Origin: Vicinamibacterales bacterium
GTDB taxonomy: Bacteria; Acidobacteriota; Vicinamibacteria; Vicinamibacterales; CAVVIG01
NCBI GenBank assembly: GCA_035510155.1
Contig: DATKHR010000065.1
Coordinates: 8,911-72,910 of the forward strand
DNA: 64,000 bases
Direction: 5' to 3'
Part shown: one piece after another, positions 27,781-36,227 of the stretch
How the letters are laid out: every line of letters begins with the position of its first letter
How positions within the stretch are numbered: position 1 is the first letter of the stretch
The notes under the pieces: generated by a model
Seen by the model: only the letters and a program-made list of their open reading frames with translations
What the model was told of the DNA's origin: nothing
Databases searched by the model: none
Position numbers and translations under genes: made by a program

Positions 27781-27786
27781 GACTCC

Positions 27787-28212
27787 TCAGGCCGGGGGCA
27801 TGTTGATGATGTAATTGTTGCCGCCGTGGTTGATCCACACGCGGAGGTACTTACCGCCCTTCAGCATTTCCACCGAGGACGAATTGGCGCCCGGCTTCTT
27901 GCCCTTCGCGACCTGGCTCATGTCAGCAGCCGACACGACCGTCGCGACCTCGCGGCCCATGACCTTTCCGCCCCGGACAAACTCCACGTATTTTTCGGCT
28001 TCGGCACCCTGGCCTGCGCCCGGTTTCGGTGGCGCCTCGTTCGTCAGCCGCACCTGATACGTGCCGGCCGCCAGCGGCTTGCCGTCGGCCATGACTTTCT
28101 TGGTGAGATTCACGGTGCCCAGCGAAGTGCCCGTCGACGTCGTGCCCTGGGCGTAGACAGTGCTCGCAGCGAACACACCGGCGAGGGCTCCAACGAGAAC
28201 CAATCGCTTCAT
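27787..28212 (-). CDS. small secreted protein, unknown function
   Basis: 141-aa ORF with signal peptide MKRLVLVGALAGVFAASTVYAQG, SD GGAGG and its own TGTATAAT promoter-like box upstream. Confidence 0.7.
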   Translation of the reverse strand: MKRLVLVGALAGVFAASTVYAQGTTSTGTSLGTVNLTKKVMADGKPLAAGTYQVRLTNEAPPKPGAGQGAEAEKYVEFVRGGKVMGREVATVVSAADMSQVAKGKKPGANSSSVEMLKGGKYLRVWINHGGNNYIINMPPA

Positions 28213-28282
28213 TCTGGCCTCCAGGCTCCAGGGGGAAGACCCTCAAGAGTAGCACTCCAGGGGTCCGACCTCGTCATTTCCA

Positions 28283-28311
28283 ATTATACAGACTCCAATG
28301 AGGGAGCAAGC
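28283..28311 (-). promoter_or_regulatory. sigma70-like promoter candidate (extended -10 TGTATAAT)
   Basis: Minus strand reads GCTTGCTCCCTCATTGGAGTCTGTATAAT. The -10 TATAAT is at 28283-28288, a TTGCTC-like -35 lies upstream, and it sits ~70 nt before ATG 28212. Confidence 0.45.
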
Positions 28312-28323
28312 CGGAGGCCAACC

Positions 28324-29301
28324 TCAGCGTTTGGAAATAATGATGTCCCCTGAAAAGGTTCGAAGCGTCAACGTCGCGCTGCCATCGCCGTAAGTTGCGG
28401 TCATCGAGTGGTTACTAAGGCCTGTGCGGCGGCCGGGGCGCCCGCGGGTACTGCTGTCGCCGCCGATGGTCAGCGGCAAGTCGGACCGGATCGAACCGCT
28501 GAAGCTGTTGGCGTTCAAGACGAATCCTGCCGGGTTCGCCAGGGTCAACCTGATGTCACCCGAGTGGGCATTGACCTCGTAGGAGCCTCCTTTGGTGATT
28601 GTGCCGGAGTACTCGACCGTGCCGCTGATGGACTTGGCGGCAAGACGGTCGCAGCTCACATCAGTCAAGCGGACGTCGCCGCTCACCGAGCCAAGCTCCA
28701 GCGCGTGAGCCTTAATGGACTTTCCAACCAGGTTGCCGCTGACGCTCGCTGCCGACAGATCGCCGTCGGTCGCCACGCCGCCGAGCGTGACGTTGCCGGA
28801 GACGCTCTTGGCCATTTCGAGCCTTGGCGTATCCGCCATCGTCACGTCGCCGCTGATGGTTTCGCCCCGGGCGGCCCCATGTACGCCGGTCACCTTGACG
28901 TTGCCCGAGACCGAGTGGACCTCGATGGCCGCCGAGGCCGGCATCGCGATGGTGTAATCGACCGACACGCGATCATTTCTCGCAGTGTGCGTTGTGTGCA
29001 CGAATACGCTGCCGCCGCGTTCCTCGACGTCGATGTGGACCGTCTGGAGCTGTCCTCGGTCACGCCCGCGCTTCACGGCTTCGATCGAGACTTCATTTCC
29101 TGATGCGGCGGTGACGACGATGTCGCCCGAGATGTTGGAGATGCTGACGCGCCCGTCTGGGCTGACGCGCACCCTGCGCGAGAAGCGCTCGCTCTGATCG
29201 GACCCGCCGCTTCGACCTTGGTACGGGTGGGCTGCCAGCGGTGGCGCCGCAGGCATTGCCAGAATGGCCGCGGCTATGACCGAAAAGAGTGTGCGTCGCA
29301 T
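28324..29301 (-). CDS. DUF4097-type beta-strand repeat protein (putative adhesin-like), exported
   Basis: Track ORF is 28324..29511. I trimmed it to ATG 29301 (MRRTLFSVIAAAILAMPAAPPLAA signal), 1 nt after the anti-sigma stop. Contains repeated SGDI/SGNV beta-strand units (ISGDIVV, VSGNVKV, ISGDVTM, VSGNVTL, VSGDVRL, HSGDIRL). Confidence 0.8.
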   Translation of the reverse strand: MRRTLFSVIAAAILAMPAAPPLAAHPYQGRSGGSDQSERFSRRVRVSPDGRVSISNISGDIVVTAASGNEVSIEAVKRGRDRGQLQTVHIDVEERGGSVFVHTTHTARNDRVSVDYTIAMPASAAIEVHSVSGNVKVTGVHGAARGETISGDVTMADTPRLEMAKSVSGNVTLGGVATDGDLSAASVSGNLVGKSIKAHALELGSVSGDVRLTDVSCDRLAAKSISGTVEYSGTITKGGSYEVNAHSGDIRLTLANPAGFVLNANSFSGSIRSDLPLTIGGDSSTRGRPGRRTGLSNHSMTATYGDGSATLTLRTFSGDIIISKR

Positions 29302-29302
29302 C

Positions 29303-30067
29303 TCAGTCGCCCTTTTCCTTGAGGCCTGACACGATGCGCGCTGTGCCGGCCTCGTCGCCTTTGCGCATTTCGTTGATGAGTGCCACCGTATCCTGCAGCA
29401 GCGCGAGCTTCGTCTTGAAATTCTCCATGAGGCTGTTTGCAGCCGGCGCGCTCGACGGCTCCGCGCGGACCGCCGCGCGGCTCTCGTTGATGGCCTGGTC
29501 GATGACCGCAAGATTCTTCTGCAGCGTCTTCGCGGTCTTCGGGTCCAATGTCTTCTCTCCGGCGCCCGCGATTTGCTCCAGGCCTTTGATCGCGCGCTCG
29601 TAGTGGGCCTCGGCGGCGCGCAGCTCTGCCTCGACGGCCTCCGCGGACACTTCGTCGGCGGACGGCGCGGGGTTCGTCGCCGATGCCGAGGGCTGAGCGC
29701 CGGTCTGCGGTGCGAGGCGGCTGGTCAAGCCATAACGAAGCCCAGCGGCTGTTGCGAGGACGAGGACGGCCGCTGCCGCCATCCAGGCATACCGCGAGGC
29801 CCTGGACATCGTCGTGCGGGAGGCACCCGAAACACCACCGCGCTCTGCGCGCCGCTCCAGCTCGATTGCCCGTTCGATGCGCAGCCAGACGCGTGCCGGC
29901 GGCTCCCGCAGATCGAGCGACGAGGCGACCTGGCGGATTTCGGCCAGGTCAGCGACCAGCTGCTTGCAGTCGGCGCAGTCCTGGAGGTGCCGTTCGACGT
30001 CGGCGCGAGCGGACGCGTCGAGCGCATTCTCGATGTAGGCGTGAATGTCGTCTTCCCTCGGATGCAT
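29303..30067 (-). CDS. zf-HC2 anti-sigma factor, single-pass membrane protein
   Basis: Track ORF is 29303..30505. I trimmed it to ATG 30067 (MHPREDDIHAYIENALD...). Contains the HxxxCxxC motif HLQDCADCKQL and one TM helix (YAWMAAAAVLVLATAAGL). It lies 14 nt downstream of the sigma gene. Confidence 0.8.
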   Translation of the reverse strand: MHPREDDIHAYIENALDASARADVERHLQDCADCKQLVADLAEIRQVASSLDLREPPARVWLRIERAIELERRAERGGVSGASRTTMSRASRYAWMAAAAVLVLATAAGLRYGLTSRLAPQTGAQPSASATNPAPSADEVSAEAVEAELRAAEAHYERAIKGLEQIAGAGEKTLDPKTAKTLQKNLAVIDQAINESRAAVRAEPSSAPAANSLMENFKTKLALLQDTVALINEMRKGDEAGTARIVSGLKEKGD

Positions 30068-30081
30068 ACCTCTGGCTTTGC

Positions 30082-30738
30082 CTACTTCAGCAGCGCGCGG
30101 AGCTTGAGCCGGGCCTTGAACACCTGCGACTTCGACGTCCCTTCCGCGACGCCAAGCAGCCGAGCGACTTCCTTGTGATCGAATCCTTCGACGTCGTGCA
30201 GGACGAATGCCTCGCGGGCGCCGTCCGGTAGCCGCTCCAGCGCGCGGTCCAGGTCGATGCGGGCGATCGGCGTGGCTCTCCGCGCTGGCGGGACCATGGC
30301 CGGTTGGGCGTCGAGCGATTCGGTAACCTTCCTCATTTTTGCCTGCCGGCTCCTCACGTAGTCGAGACAATGGTTGAGCGCAAGCCGATACAGCCAGGTT
30401 CCAATCGTCGAGTCGCCTTTGAAGCTCCCGAGCTTCCGGTACGCTTGCAGGAAAATCTCCTGCACGAGATCTTCGCCATCCTCGGGAGACCCCGCCATGC
30501 GGCACGCCAGCGAATAGATTCGAGGCGCCTGTTGGCGATAGATCGCTTCAAAGCCTTCACGAGCCGCTGCCTCCGGGTCCCCAGGCCCCTCAACCTCGGG
30601 TTTCGCCGTCACTCCTTTAGACGGGAAGGGGATCGGGCCACGTTGCTTTCCACTGCTCACGTCTTGAAGATACGAGGAAAATCGGCGCGCAAGTTCATTG
30701 CCGCCTGGGGCGCAGTGACCATAAAACGCGCCTGACAT
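30082..30738 (-). CDS. ECF-type RNA polymerase sigma-70 factor
   Basis: Region 2 DLVQEIFLQAYRKL...WLYRLALNHCLDYVR and region 4 REAFVLHDVEGFDHKEVARLLGVAEGTSKSQVFKAR. The ATG 30738 start would overlap the upstream MGMT gene by 44 nt. In-frame GTGs at 30660 and 30612 are alternative starts. Confidence 0.85.
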   Translation of the reverse strand: MSGAFYGHCAPGGNELARRFSSYLQDVSSGKQRGPIPFPSKGVTAKPEVEGPGDPEAAAREGFEAIYRQQAPRIYSLACRMAGSPEDGEDLVQEIFLQAYRKLGSFKGDSTIGTWLYRLALNHCLDYVRSRQAKMRKVTESLDAQPAMVPPARRATPIARIDLDRALERLPDGAREAFVLHDVEGFDHKEVARLLGVAEGTSKSQVFKARLKLRALLK

Positions 30739-31036
30739 CGCGAATCCTGCGGCCTGAAACCAGGATGCCCTCCGCGACGAGCAGCGCTCGTTTCAGGGCT
30801 TCGCTCCCACCGTACCCGCCAAGGCGTCCGCCGGACGCGATCACGCGGTGGCACGGCACGTCGCGATAGCGGCAAGTCTTCATGATATTGCCGACGGCGC
30901 GGGCCGCGCGCGGGCGGCCGGCCATCCGAGCGACATCGCCATAAGTCGCAACGCGCCCGGGCGGAATGCTTCGCACCACGGTCAGCACGCGCCGGGAAAA
31001 GACGTCCGTTCGAGGGAGCGTGGGTCTCACGGCCAT
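30695..31036 (-). CDS. MGMT-family methylated-DNA--protein-cysteine methyltransferase (short, DNA-binding/active-site domain only)
   Basis: Trimmed to ATG 31036 (MAVRPTLPRTDVFSRRVL...). Active-site PCHRV and helix-turn-helix ATYGDVARMAG. Confidence 0.8.
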   Translation of the reverse strand: MAVRPTLPRTDVFSRRVLTVVRSIPPGRVATYGDVARMAGRPRAARAVGNIMKTCRYRDVPCHRVIASGGRLGGYGGSEALKRALLVAEGILVSGRRIRDVRRVLWSLRPRRQ

Positions 31037-31108
31037 CGGGAGGTGTCGGCGGTCGTCGCGAGCAAAGTATACTGCGCACGCCCCGCGAACCAGGCCCAAG
31101 GACCAGAC

Positions 31109-32428
31109 GTGCGAGCCGTCGACATCATCGTGAGCAAACGGGACGGTCGCGCCCTGTCCCGCGATCAAATCCGCTCGTTCGTCTCAGGCGTCACAGAGGG
31201 GACACTTCCTGATTATCAGGCGTCGGCGTTGTTGATGGCGATTGTCCTCCGCGGGATGAGCGCGGAGGAGACTGCGTGGTTGACCGACGCGATGGTGCAC
31301 TCGGGTGTTCGCGTGGATCTCAGCGGCATCCCGGGCGTGAAAGTGGACAAGCACAGTACTGGAGGCGTCGGCGACAAGGCGTCGCTCGTGCTGGCGCCGC
31401 TCGCGGCGGCGTGTGGCGTGCCCGTGCCGATGATGTCCGGCCGGGGCCTTGGCCATACCGGCGGCACGCTCGACAAGCTGGAAGCCATACCCGGGTTCCG
31501 CGTGAACCTGTCGCTCGAGGAGATGAAAGCCGCGCTCGCCCGCACCGGTTGCGCGATGCTCGGCCAAACCGAGCAAATTGCGCCCGCCGACAAGAAGCTG
31601 TATGCCCTGCGCGACGTCACCGGCACCGTCGAGAGCATCCCTCTCATCAGCGCATCGATCATGAGCAAGAAGATTGCCGAGGGGATCGACGCGCTCGTGC
31701 TCGACGTCAAGACCGGCAGCGGCGCGTTCATGAAGACCGAAGCCGATTCGCGACGGCTGGCGGAATCGCTCGTGTCGATCGGCAACGCCTCCGGCGTGCG
31801 CACCGAAGCCATCATCACGGCGATGGACGCTCCGCTCGGCTGCGCCGTCGGCAACGCGCTCGAAGTGATCGAATGTATCGAGGTGCTGAAGGGTCGAGGG
31901 CCGGCCGATCTCGTCGAGGTGTCGCTCGAGCTCGCTGAACGCATGCTCCTGCTCGGCAAAGTGGCGCCTGATCGTCCCGACGCGAAGCGGCGGGTCGCCG
32001 AGGCGCGAGCGTCGGGCGCGGGGCTCGAACGTTTTCGACGCATCATCGAGGGCCAGGGGGGCGATCCGCGGGTCGTCGATGACTACGGCCGCCTGCCACA
32101 TGTCCCCGGCCGCCACGAGGTGACGGCGGATCGCGGGGGATATGTTGTTCGGCTGGACGCCGAGCTCGTCGGTCGCGCATCAGTCGCCCTCGGAGCTGGG
32201 CGCGACCGGATCGAGGACTCCATCGACCCCGCCGTCGGGATCATGGTTCGCGCCACGGTAGGCGATCGGGTCGGCGCCGGAGATCCCGTGCTGGAGCTGC
32301 ACTACCGCGACCCCGGGCGGCTCAATGCGGCTCTGGCTCTCCTGGCGCGCGCGGTCACGATCGGTGACGACCGGCCAGTCGTCCGCAGACGGCTCGTTGG
32401 AGAGGTGTCTGGAGAGGTGCCTTCGTGA
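31109..32428 (+). CDS. deoA: thymidine (pyrimidine-nucleoside) phosphorylase
   Basis: The track ORF 30848.. is 5'-extended over the divergent gene. In-frame GTG 31109 gives VRAVDIIVSKRDG. Motifs KHSTGGVGDK and GLGHTGGTLDKLE. Confidence 0.9.
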   Translation: MRAVDIIVSKRDGRALSRDQIRSFVSGVTEGTLPDYQASALLMAIVLRGMSAEETAWLTDAMVHSGVRVDLSGIPGVKVDKHSTGGVGDKASLVLAPLAAACGVPVPMMSGRGLGHTGGTLDKLEAIPGFRVNLSLEEMKAALARTGCAMLGQTEQIAPADKKLYALRDVTGTVESIPLISASIMSKKIAEGIDALVLDVKTGSGAFMKTEADSRRLAESLVSIGNASGVRTEAIITAMDAPLGCAVGNALEVIECIEVLKGRGPADLVEVSLELAERMLLLGKVAPDRPDAKRRVAEARASGAGLERFRRIIEGQGGDPRVVDDYGRLPHVPGRHEVTADRGGYVVRLDAELVGRASVALGAGRDRIEDSIDPAVGIMVRATVGDRVGAGDPVLELHYRDPGRLNAALALLARAVTIGDDRPVVRRRLVGEVSGEVPS

Positions 32429-33672
32429 CGCCGCTCGGAACCTTGCGACCCGTAGTCGGCGCCGTCGTGATACTCGGTATCGCGTACGCCTGCTCCACGA
32501 ATCGCCGCGCCATCAACTGGACGACCGTGGCATGGGGTGTGGGCCTCCAGGTGCTCTTTGCGATTATCGTGCTCAAGACGTCGGTGGGGCAGCGTGTGTT
32601 CAGCACGCTCGGAGACCTGATTACGCGCCTCCTGGGCTTCGCGGGCGTGGGCGCGGCGTTCGTGTTCGGACCGCTCGGCAGCGGAACAGTCTGGGGGCGC
32701 GTCATGACGAGCGCGCTTGGCGACGAGGGCGCGCAGTACGCGACGATCTTTGCGTTCCAGGTCCTCCCGACGATCATCTTCATCGCCGCACTGTTCGCCA
32801 TACTCTATTACTTCGGCCTCATGCAGCTCGTCGTGCGGTTTTTCGCGATGATCATGCACCGCGTCATGCGCGCGAGCGGCGCGGAGTCGTTGAATGTCGC
32901 GGCGAGCATCTTCATGGGACAGACCGAGGCGCCGCTGACGATCCGGCCGTACCTGCCGGAGATGACGCAGTCCGAGCTGATGACCGTCATGACTTCGGGG
33001 ATGGCGCACATCTCGGGAGGCATCATGGCCGCCTACATCCTCTTCGGGATCGAGGCCAAGCACCTGTTGACCGCGGTCATCATGACCGCGCCCGGCACCA
33101 TCATGATGGCCAAGATGCTGGTCCCTGAGACGGAGATGCCGAAGACGATGGGGACGGTGCGCTTGGAGGTGGAGCAGACCGATGTCAACGTCATCGATGC
33201 GGCAGGGCGCGGCACGGGCGAAGGGTTGCACCTCGCGCTGAACGTCGGGGCCATGCTCATCTCGTTCCTGGCGCTGATTGCGCTCGTCAACGCGCTGCTC
33301 GGGCTCGCGCACCTCAGCCTCGAAATGATTTTTGGCTGGGTGTTCGCGCCCGTGGCGTGGGCGATGGGCGTCCCATGGCGTGATGCGCCTCAGATCGGCA
33401 ACCTGCTCGGGACGCGGATGGCGCTGAACGAGTTTGTGGCCTACTCCAAGCTCGGCCCGCTCAGACCGTCGCTCGATCCCAAGTCATTCACGATTGCGAC
33501 GTTCGCGCTGTGCGGGTTCGCAAACTTCAGCTCTATCGGGATTCAGATTGGCGGGATCGGCGCGCTCGCGCCGAACCGGCGTCACGATCTCGCGCGGCTC
33601 GGGCTGCGGGCGATGTTTGCGGGGACGCTGGCGAACTTCATGACCGCGACCATCGCCGGGTTTCTTCTGTGA
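32425..33672 (+). CDS. nupC: NupC/NupG-family concentrative nucleoside transporter
   Basis: 415-aa polytopic ORF with a 4-nt start/stop overlap (GTGA) with deoA and the CNT motif GFANFSSIGIQIGGIGALAP. Confidence 0.88.
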   Translation: MTPLGTLRPVVGAVVILGIAYACSTNRRAINWTTVAWGVGLQVLFAIIVLKTSVGQRVFSTLGDLITRLLGFAGVGAAFVFGPLGSGTVWGRVMTSALGDEGAQYATIFAFQVLPTIIFIAALFAILYYFGLMQLVVRFFAMIMHRVMRASGAESLNVAASIFMGQTEAPLTIRPYLPEMTQSELMTVMTSGMAHISGGIMAAYILFGIEAKHLLTAVIMTAPGTIMMAKMLVPETEMPKTMGTVRLEVEQTDVNVIDAAGRGTGEGLHLALNVGAMLISFLALIALVNALLGLAHLSLEMIFGWVFAPVAWAMGVPWRDAPQIGNLLGTRMALNEFVAYSKLGPLRPSLDPKSFTIATFALCGFANFSSIGIQIGGIGALAPNRRHDLARLGLRAMFAGTLANFMTATIAGFLL

Positions 33673-33688
33673 ATGGAAAGGAAGTTGG

Positions 33689-34540
33689 GTGAGCTTCTAC
33701 GATCAGGTGCGCGAGGCCGCGGACGCGGTGCAGGCGAGGGTCGACGAAACTCCGATCGCCGCGATCGTGCTCGGCTCCGGGCTGGGCGAGTTCGCCAACC
33801 GGCTCGCGGATGCGGTGTCGCTGCGGTACAGCGACCTGCCGCATTGGCCCGTCTCACGGGTGGTGGGTCACGAGGGTCGACTTGTCGTCGGGCGCATCGG
33901 ACACTCGAACGGGAAACGAGCGGTCGTTCTCTCGGGGCGGAGCCATCTGTACGAGGGGCACAGCGCGCAGACGGTGACGTTCGGCGTTCGGGTCCTGGGC
34001 CTCCTCGGCGTGAAAACAATCGTGCTGACGAATGCGGCCGGCGGTGTGAACACCACGTTTTCGGAGGGCGCGCTTATGGTCATCGACGATCACATCAATC
34101 TGATGGGCGCCAACCCGCTTGCGGGGCCCAACGATGACCGCTTTGGGCCGCGGTTTCCGGACATGACCGAGGTGTACTCGCTCGATCTCCGCGGAGTCGC
34201 CGATCGCGCGGCCAGGGCGAACAACCTCCGCTTGGCGCACGGCGTCTATGCGGCGTTGCTGGGTCCGAGCTATGAAACGCCTGCCGAGATTCGATACCTC
34301 CGCGCTATCGGCGCCGACGCCGTCGGCATGTCGACCGTGCCCGAGGCAATCGCCGCCCGGCATATGGGTATGAAGGTTCTCGGCATCTCGTGCATTACGA
34401 ACATGGCGGCGGGAGTCCTGCCGGGGCCGCTCAATCACGAGGACGTGTTGGCGACGACCCGGCGAGTTCGCGGGCAGTTCATGGCTCTGCTAGAAGGCAT
34501 TCTGGAGGGCATCCCGGAAGGCGTCGATGCCCGGCTCTGA
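33689..34540 (+). CDS. purine-nucleoside phosphorylase (trimeric PNP/PunA type)
   Basis: 283-aa ORF with motifs LGSGLG, RSHLYEGH and MSTVPEAIAARHMGMKVLGISCITNMAAG. Confidence 0.9.
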   Translation: MSFYDQVREAADAVQARVDETPIAAIVLGSGLGEFANRLADAVSLRYSDLPHWPVSRVVGHEGRLVVGRIGHSNGKRAVVLSGRSHLYEGHSAQTVTFGVRVLGLLGVKTIVLTNAAGGVNTTFSEGALMVIDDHINLMGANPLAGPNDDRFGPRFPDMTEVYSLDLRGVADRAARANNLRLAHGVYAALLGPSYETPAEIRYLRAIGADAVGMSTVPEAIAARHMGMKVLGISCITNMAAGVLPGPLNHEDVLATTRRVRGQFMALLEGILEGIPEGVDARL

Positions 34541-35030
34541 GCGCCCCTCAGGCGGCGAGCGTCGTTCGGGCAGCGACCGACGCTCAGGCCGCGATCGCCG
34601 GCTCGCCTCGCGACCGCGTGAGGGCCCCGATCTCGACCTCGTGGCGGCCGCGCGGCGGGCGCGCGAGCACGCCTCCGCGGCGTTCTCGAACTTCAAGGTA
34701 GGCGCCGCCCTTGAGGCCGAGGACGGGACGGTCATCACGGGTTGCAACATCGAAAACGCGACGTACGGTCTGACGATCTGCGCTGAGCGCGTCGCGATGT
34801 TCAAAGCTCTCTCAGAGGGATATCGGGCCTTCACGCGCATCGCGATTGTGGCGGACACGAGCGAGCCGACGCCGCCGTGCGGCGCATGCCGCCAGATTCT
34901 CTGGGAGTTCGGCGGCAACCTTGAGGTCCGCCTGGCAAACCTCGAGGTAGAGAAGGGCACCTATCGCCTGCAGGACCTGCTGCCGCTGCCCTTCGACGCG
35001 CGGTCCTTGGAAGCTCCGCCGCGGTTCTAG
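34527..35030 (+). CDS. cdd: cytidine deaminase
   Basis: Zinc motifs CAERVA and PCGACRQ. The first ~38 codons ([21 protein letters not shown]...) are low-complexity and overlap the PNP gene, so in-frame GTG 34641 ([11 protein letters not shown]..) is a plausible true start. Confidence 0.85.
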   Translation: MPGSERPSGGERRSGSDRRSGRDRRLASRPREGPDLDLVAAARRAREHASAAFSNFKVGAALEAEDGTVITGCNIENATYGLTICAERVAMFKALSEGYRAFTRIAIVADTSEPTPPCGACRQILWEFGGNLEVRLANLEVEKGTYRLQDLLPLPFDARSLEAPPRF

Positions 35031-35116
35031 GTGCGCTGTTAGGGTCGTGCGCCCCCTGCCTTCGAGATGATCGCGCGCTCTGTAAGTACGACGCGCGCTC
35101 TTGTAAGATCAATTCG

Positions 35117-36226
35117 ATGCTGCCGACGATAGTTCGCGAGGGCGACGCGGTCGTGATGATCGACCAGCGCAAGCTTCCGGTCGAGGAAATCTACGTGCGC
35201 GCGAAGACAGCGGCCGAGGTCGCGCGCGCGATCAAGACGATGGTGATTCGGGGCGCGCCGGCGATTGGCGTGGCGGCGGCGATGGGCATCGCACTCGCGA
35301 TGCGCAAGAGCAAAGCCACCGGCACGCAGAAATTTGCCGCCGAGCTCCAGAAGACGTGCGATCTGATGGCGGCGACGCGGCCGACGGCTGTCAATCTGTT
35401 TTGGGCCATCGATCGCATGAAGCGGACGTTCGCGTCCGCGGTTCAGGCGGGCGAGTCGGTCGATCAGATCAAGGACCGCCTCGATCAGGAGGCCCAGGCC
35501 ATTCACGATGAGGACGTCGCCAGCTGTCGCGCGATGGGCGCCTTCGGCGCGGAGGTCGTGCCGGCGGACGCCCGCGTGCTGACACACTGCAATGCGGGAG
35601 CCCTGGCGACGGCCGGCTACGGGACCGCGCTCGGTGTCATTCGCGGCGCCGTCGAGCGGGGCAAGCGCGTGGCGGTCTTTGCCGACGAAACGCGCCCGTT
35701 TCTTCAGGGGGCCAGACTGACGGCGTGGGAGCTCGTCCGCGACGGCATCGAGACCACCGTCATCGCCGACAACATGAGCGGCGCGCTCATGCGCCAGCGC
35801 CGCATCGACCTGGTGATCGTCGGCGCGGATCGCATCGCGGCCAACGGGGACACGGCGAACAAGATCGGCACCTACGGCCTGGCGGTTCTCGCGCGTGAGC
35901 ACAAGATTCCGTTCTATGTCGCCGCGCCGCTCTCCACGATCGATCTCAGCACGCCGGACGGCGACCACATCCCGATCGAGGAGCGGAGCAGCAAGGAGAT
36001 CACGCACGTGGCCGGATCGCAGGTCGCGCCGGCAGGCGCCCTCGTCTGGAATCCTGCCTTCGACGTCACGCCGCATCACCTTATTGCCGGCATCATCACC
36101 GAACGCGGCATCTTCCGGGCCCCGTACATCGACTCCCTGAGAGCGGCATTCAACGCCGAGGTCCCCAGCCCGGAGGCCCCGGAGCGGCACCCACGCTGGG
36201 GTGGAAGCGCGACAGCCCCGGGCTAG
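35117..36226 (+). CDS. mtnA: S-methyl-5-thioribose-1-phosphate isomerase
   Basis: 369-aa ORF of the eIF-2B-like family with motifs [12 protein letters not shown] and [18 protein letters not shown]. Confidence 0.9.
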   Translation: MLPTIVREGDAVVMIDQRKLPVEEIYVRAKTAAEVARAIKTMVIRGAPAIGVAAAMGIALAMRKSKATGTQKFAAELQKTCDLMAATRPTAVNLFWAIDRMKRTFASAVQAGESVDQIKDRLDQEAQAIHDEDVASCRAMGAFGAEVVPADARVLTHCNAGALATAGYGTALGVIRGAVERGKRVAVFADETRPFLQGARLTAWELVRDGIETTVIADNMSGALMRQRRIDLVIVGADRIAANGDTANKIGTYGLAVLAREHKIPFYVAAPLSTIDLSTPDGDHIPIEERSSKEITHVAGSQVAPAGALVWNPAFDVTPHHLIAGIITERGIFRAPYIDSLRAAFNAEVPSPEAPERHPRWGGSATAPG

Positions 36227-36227
36227 C

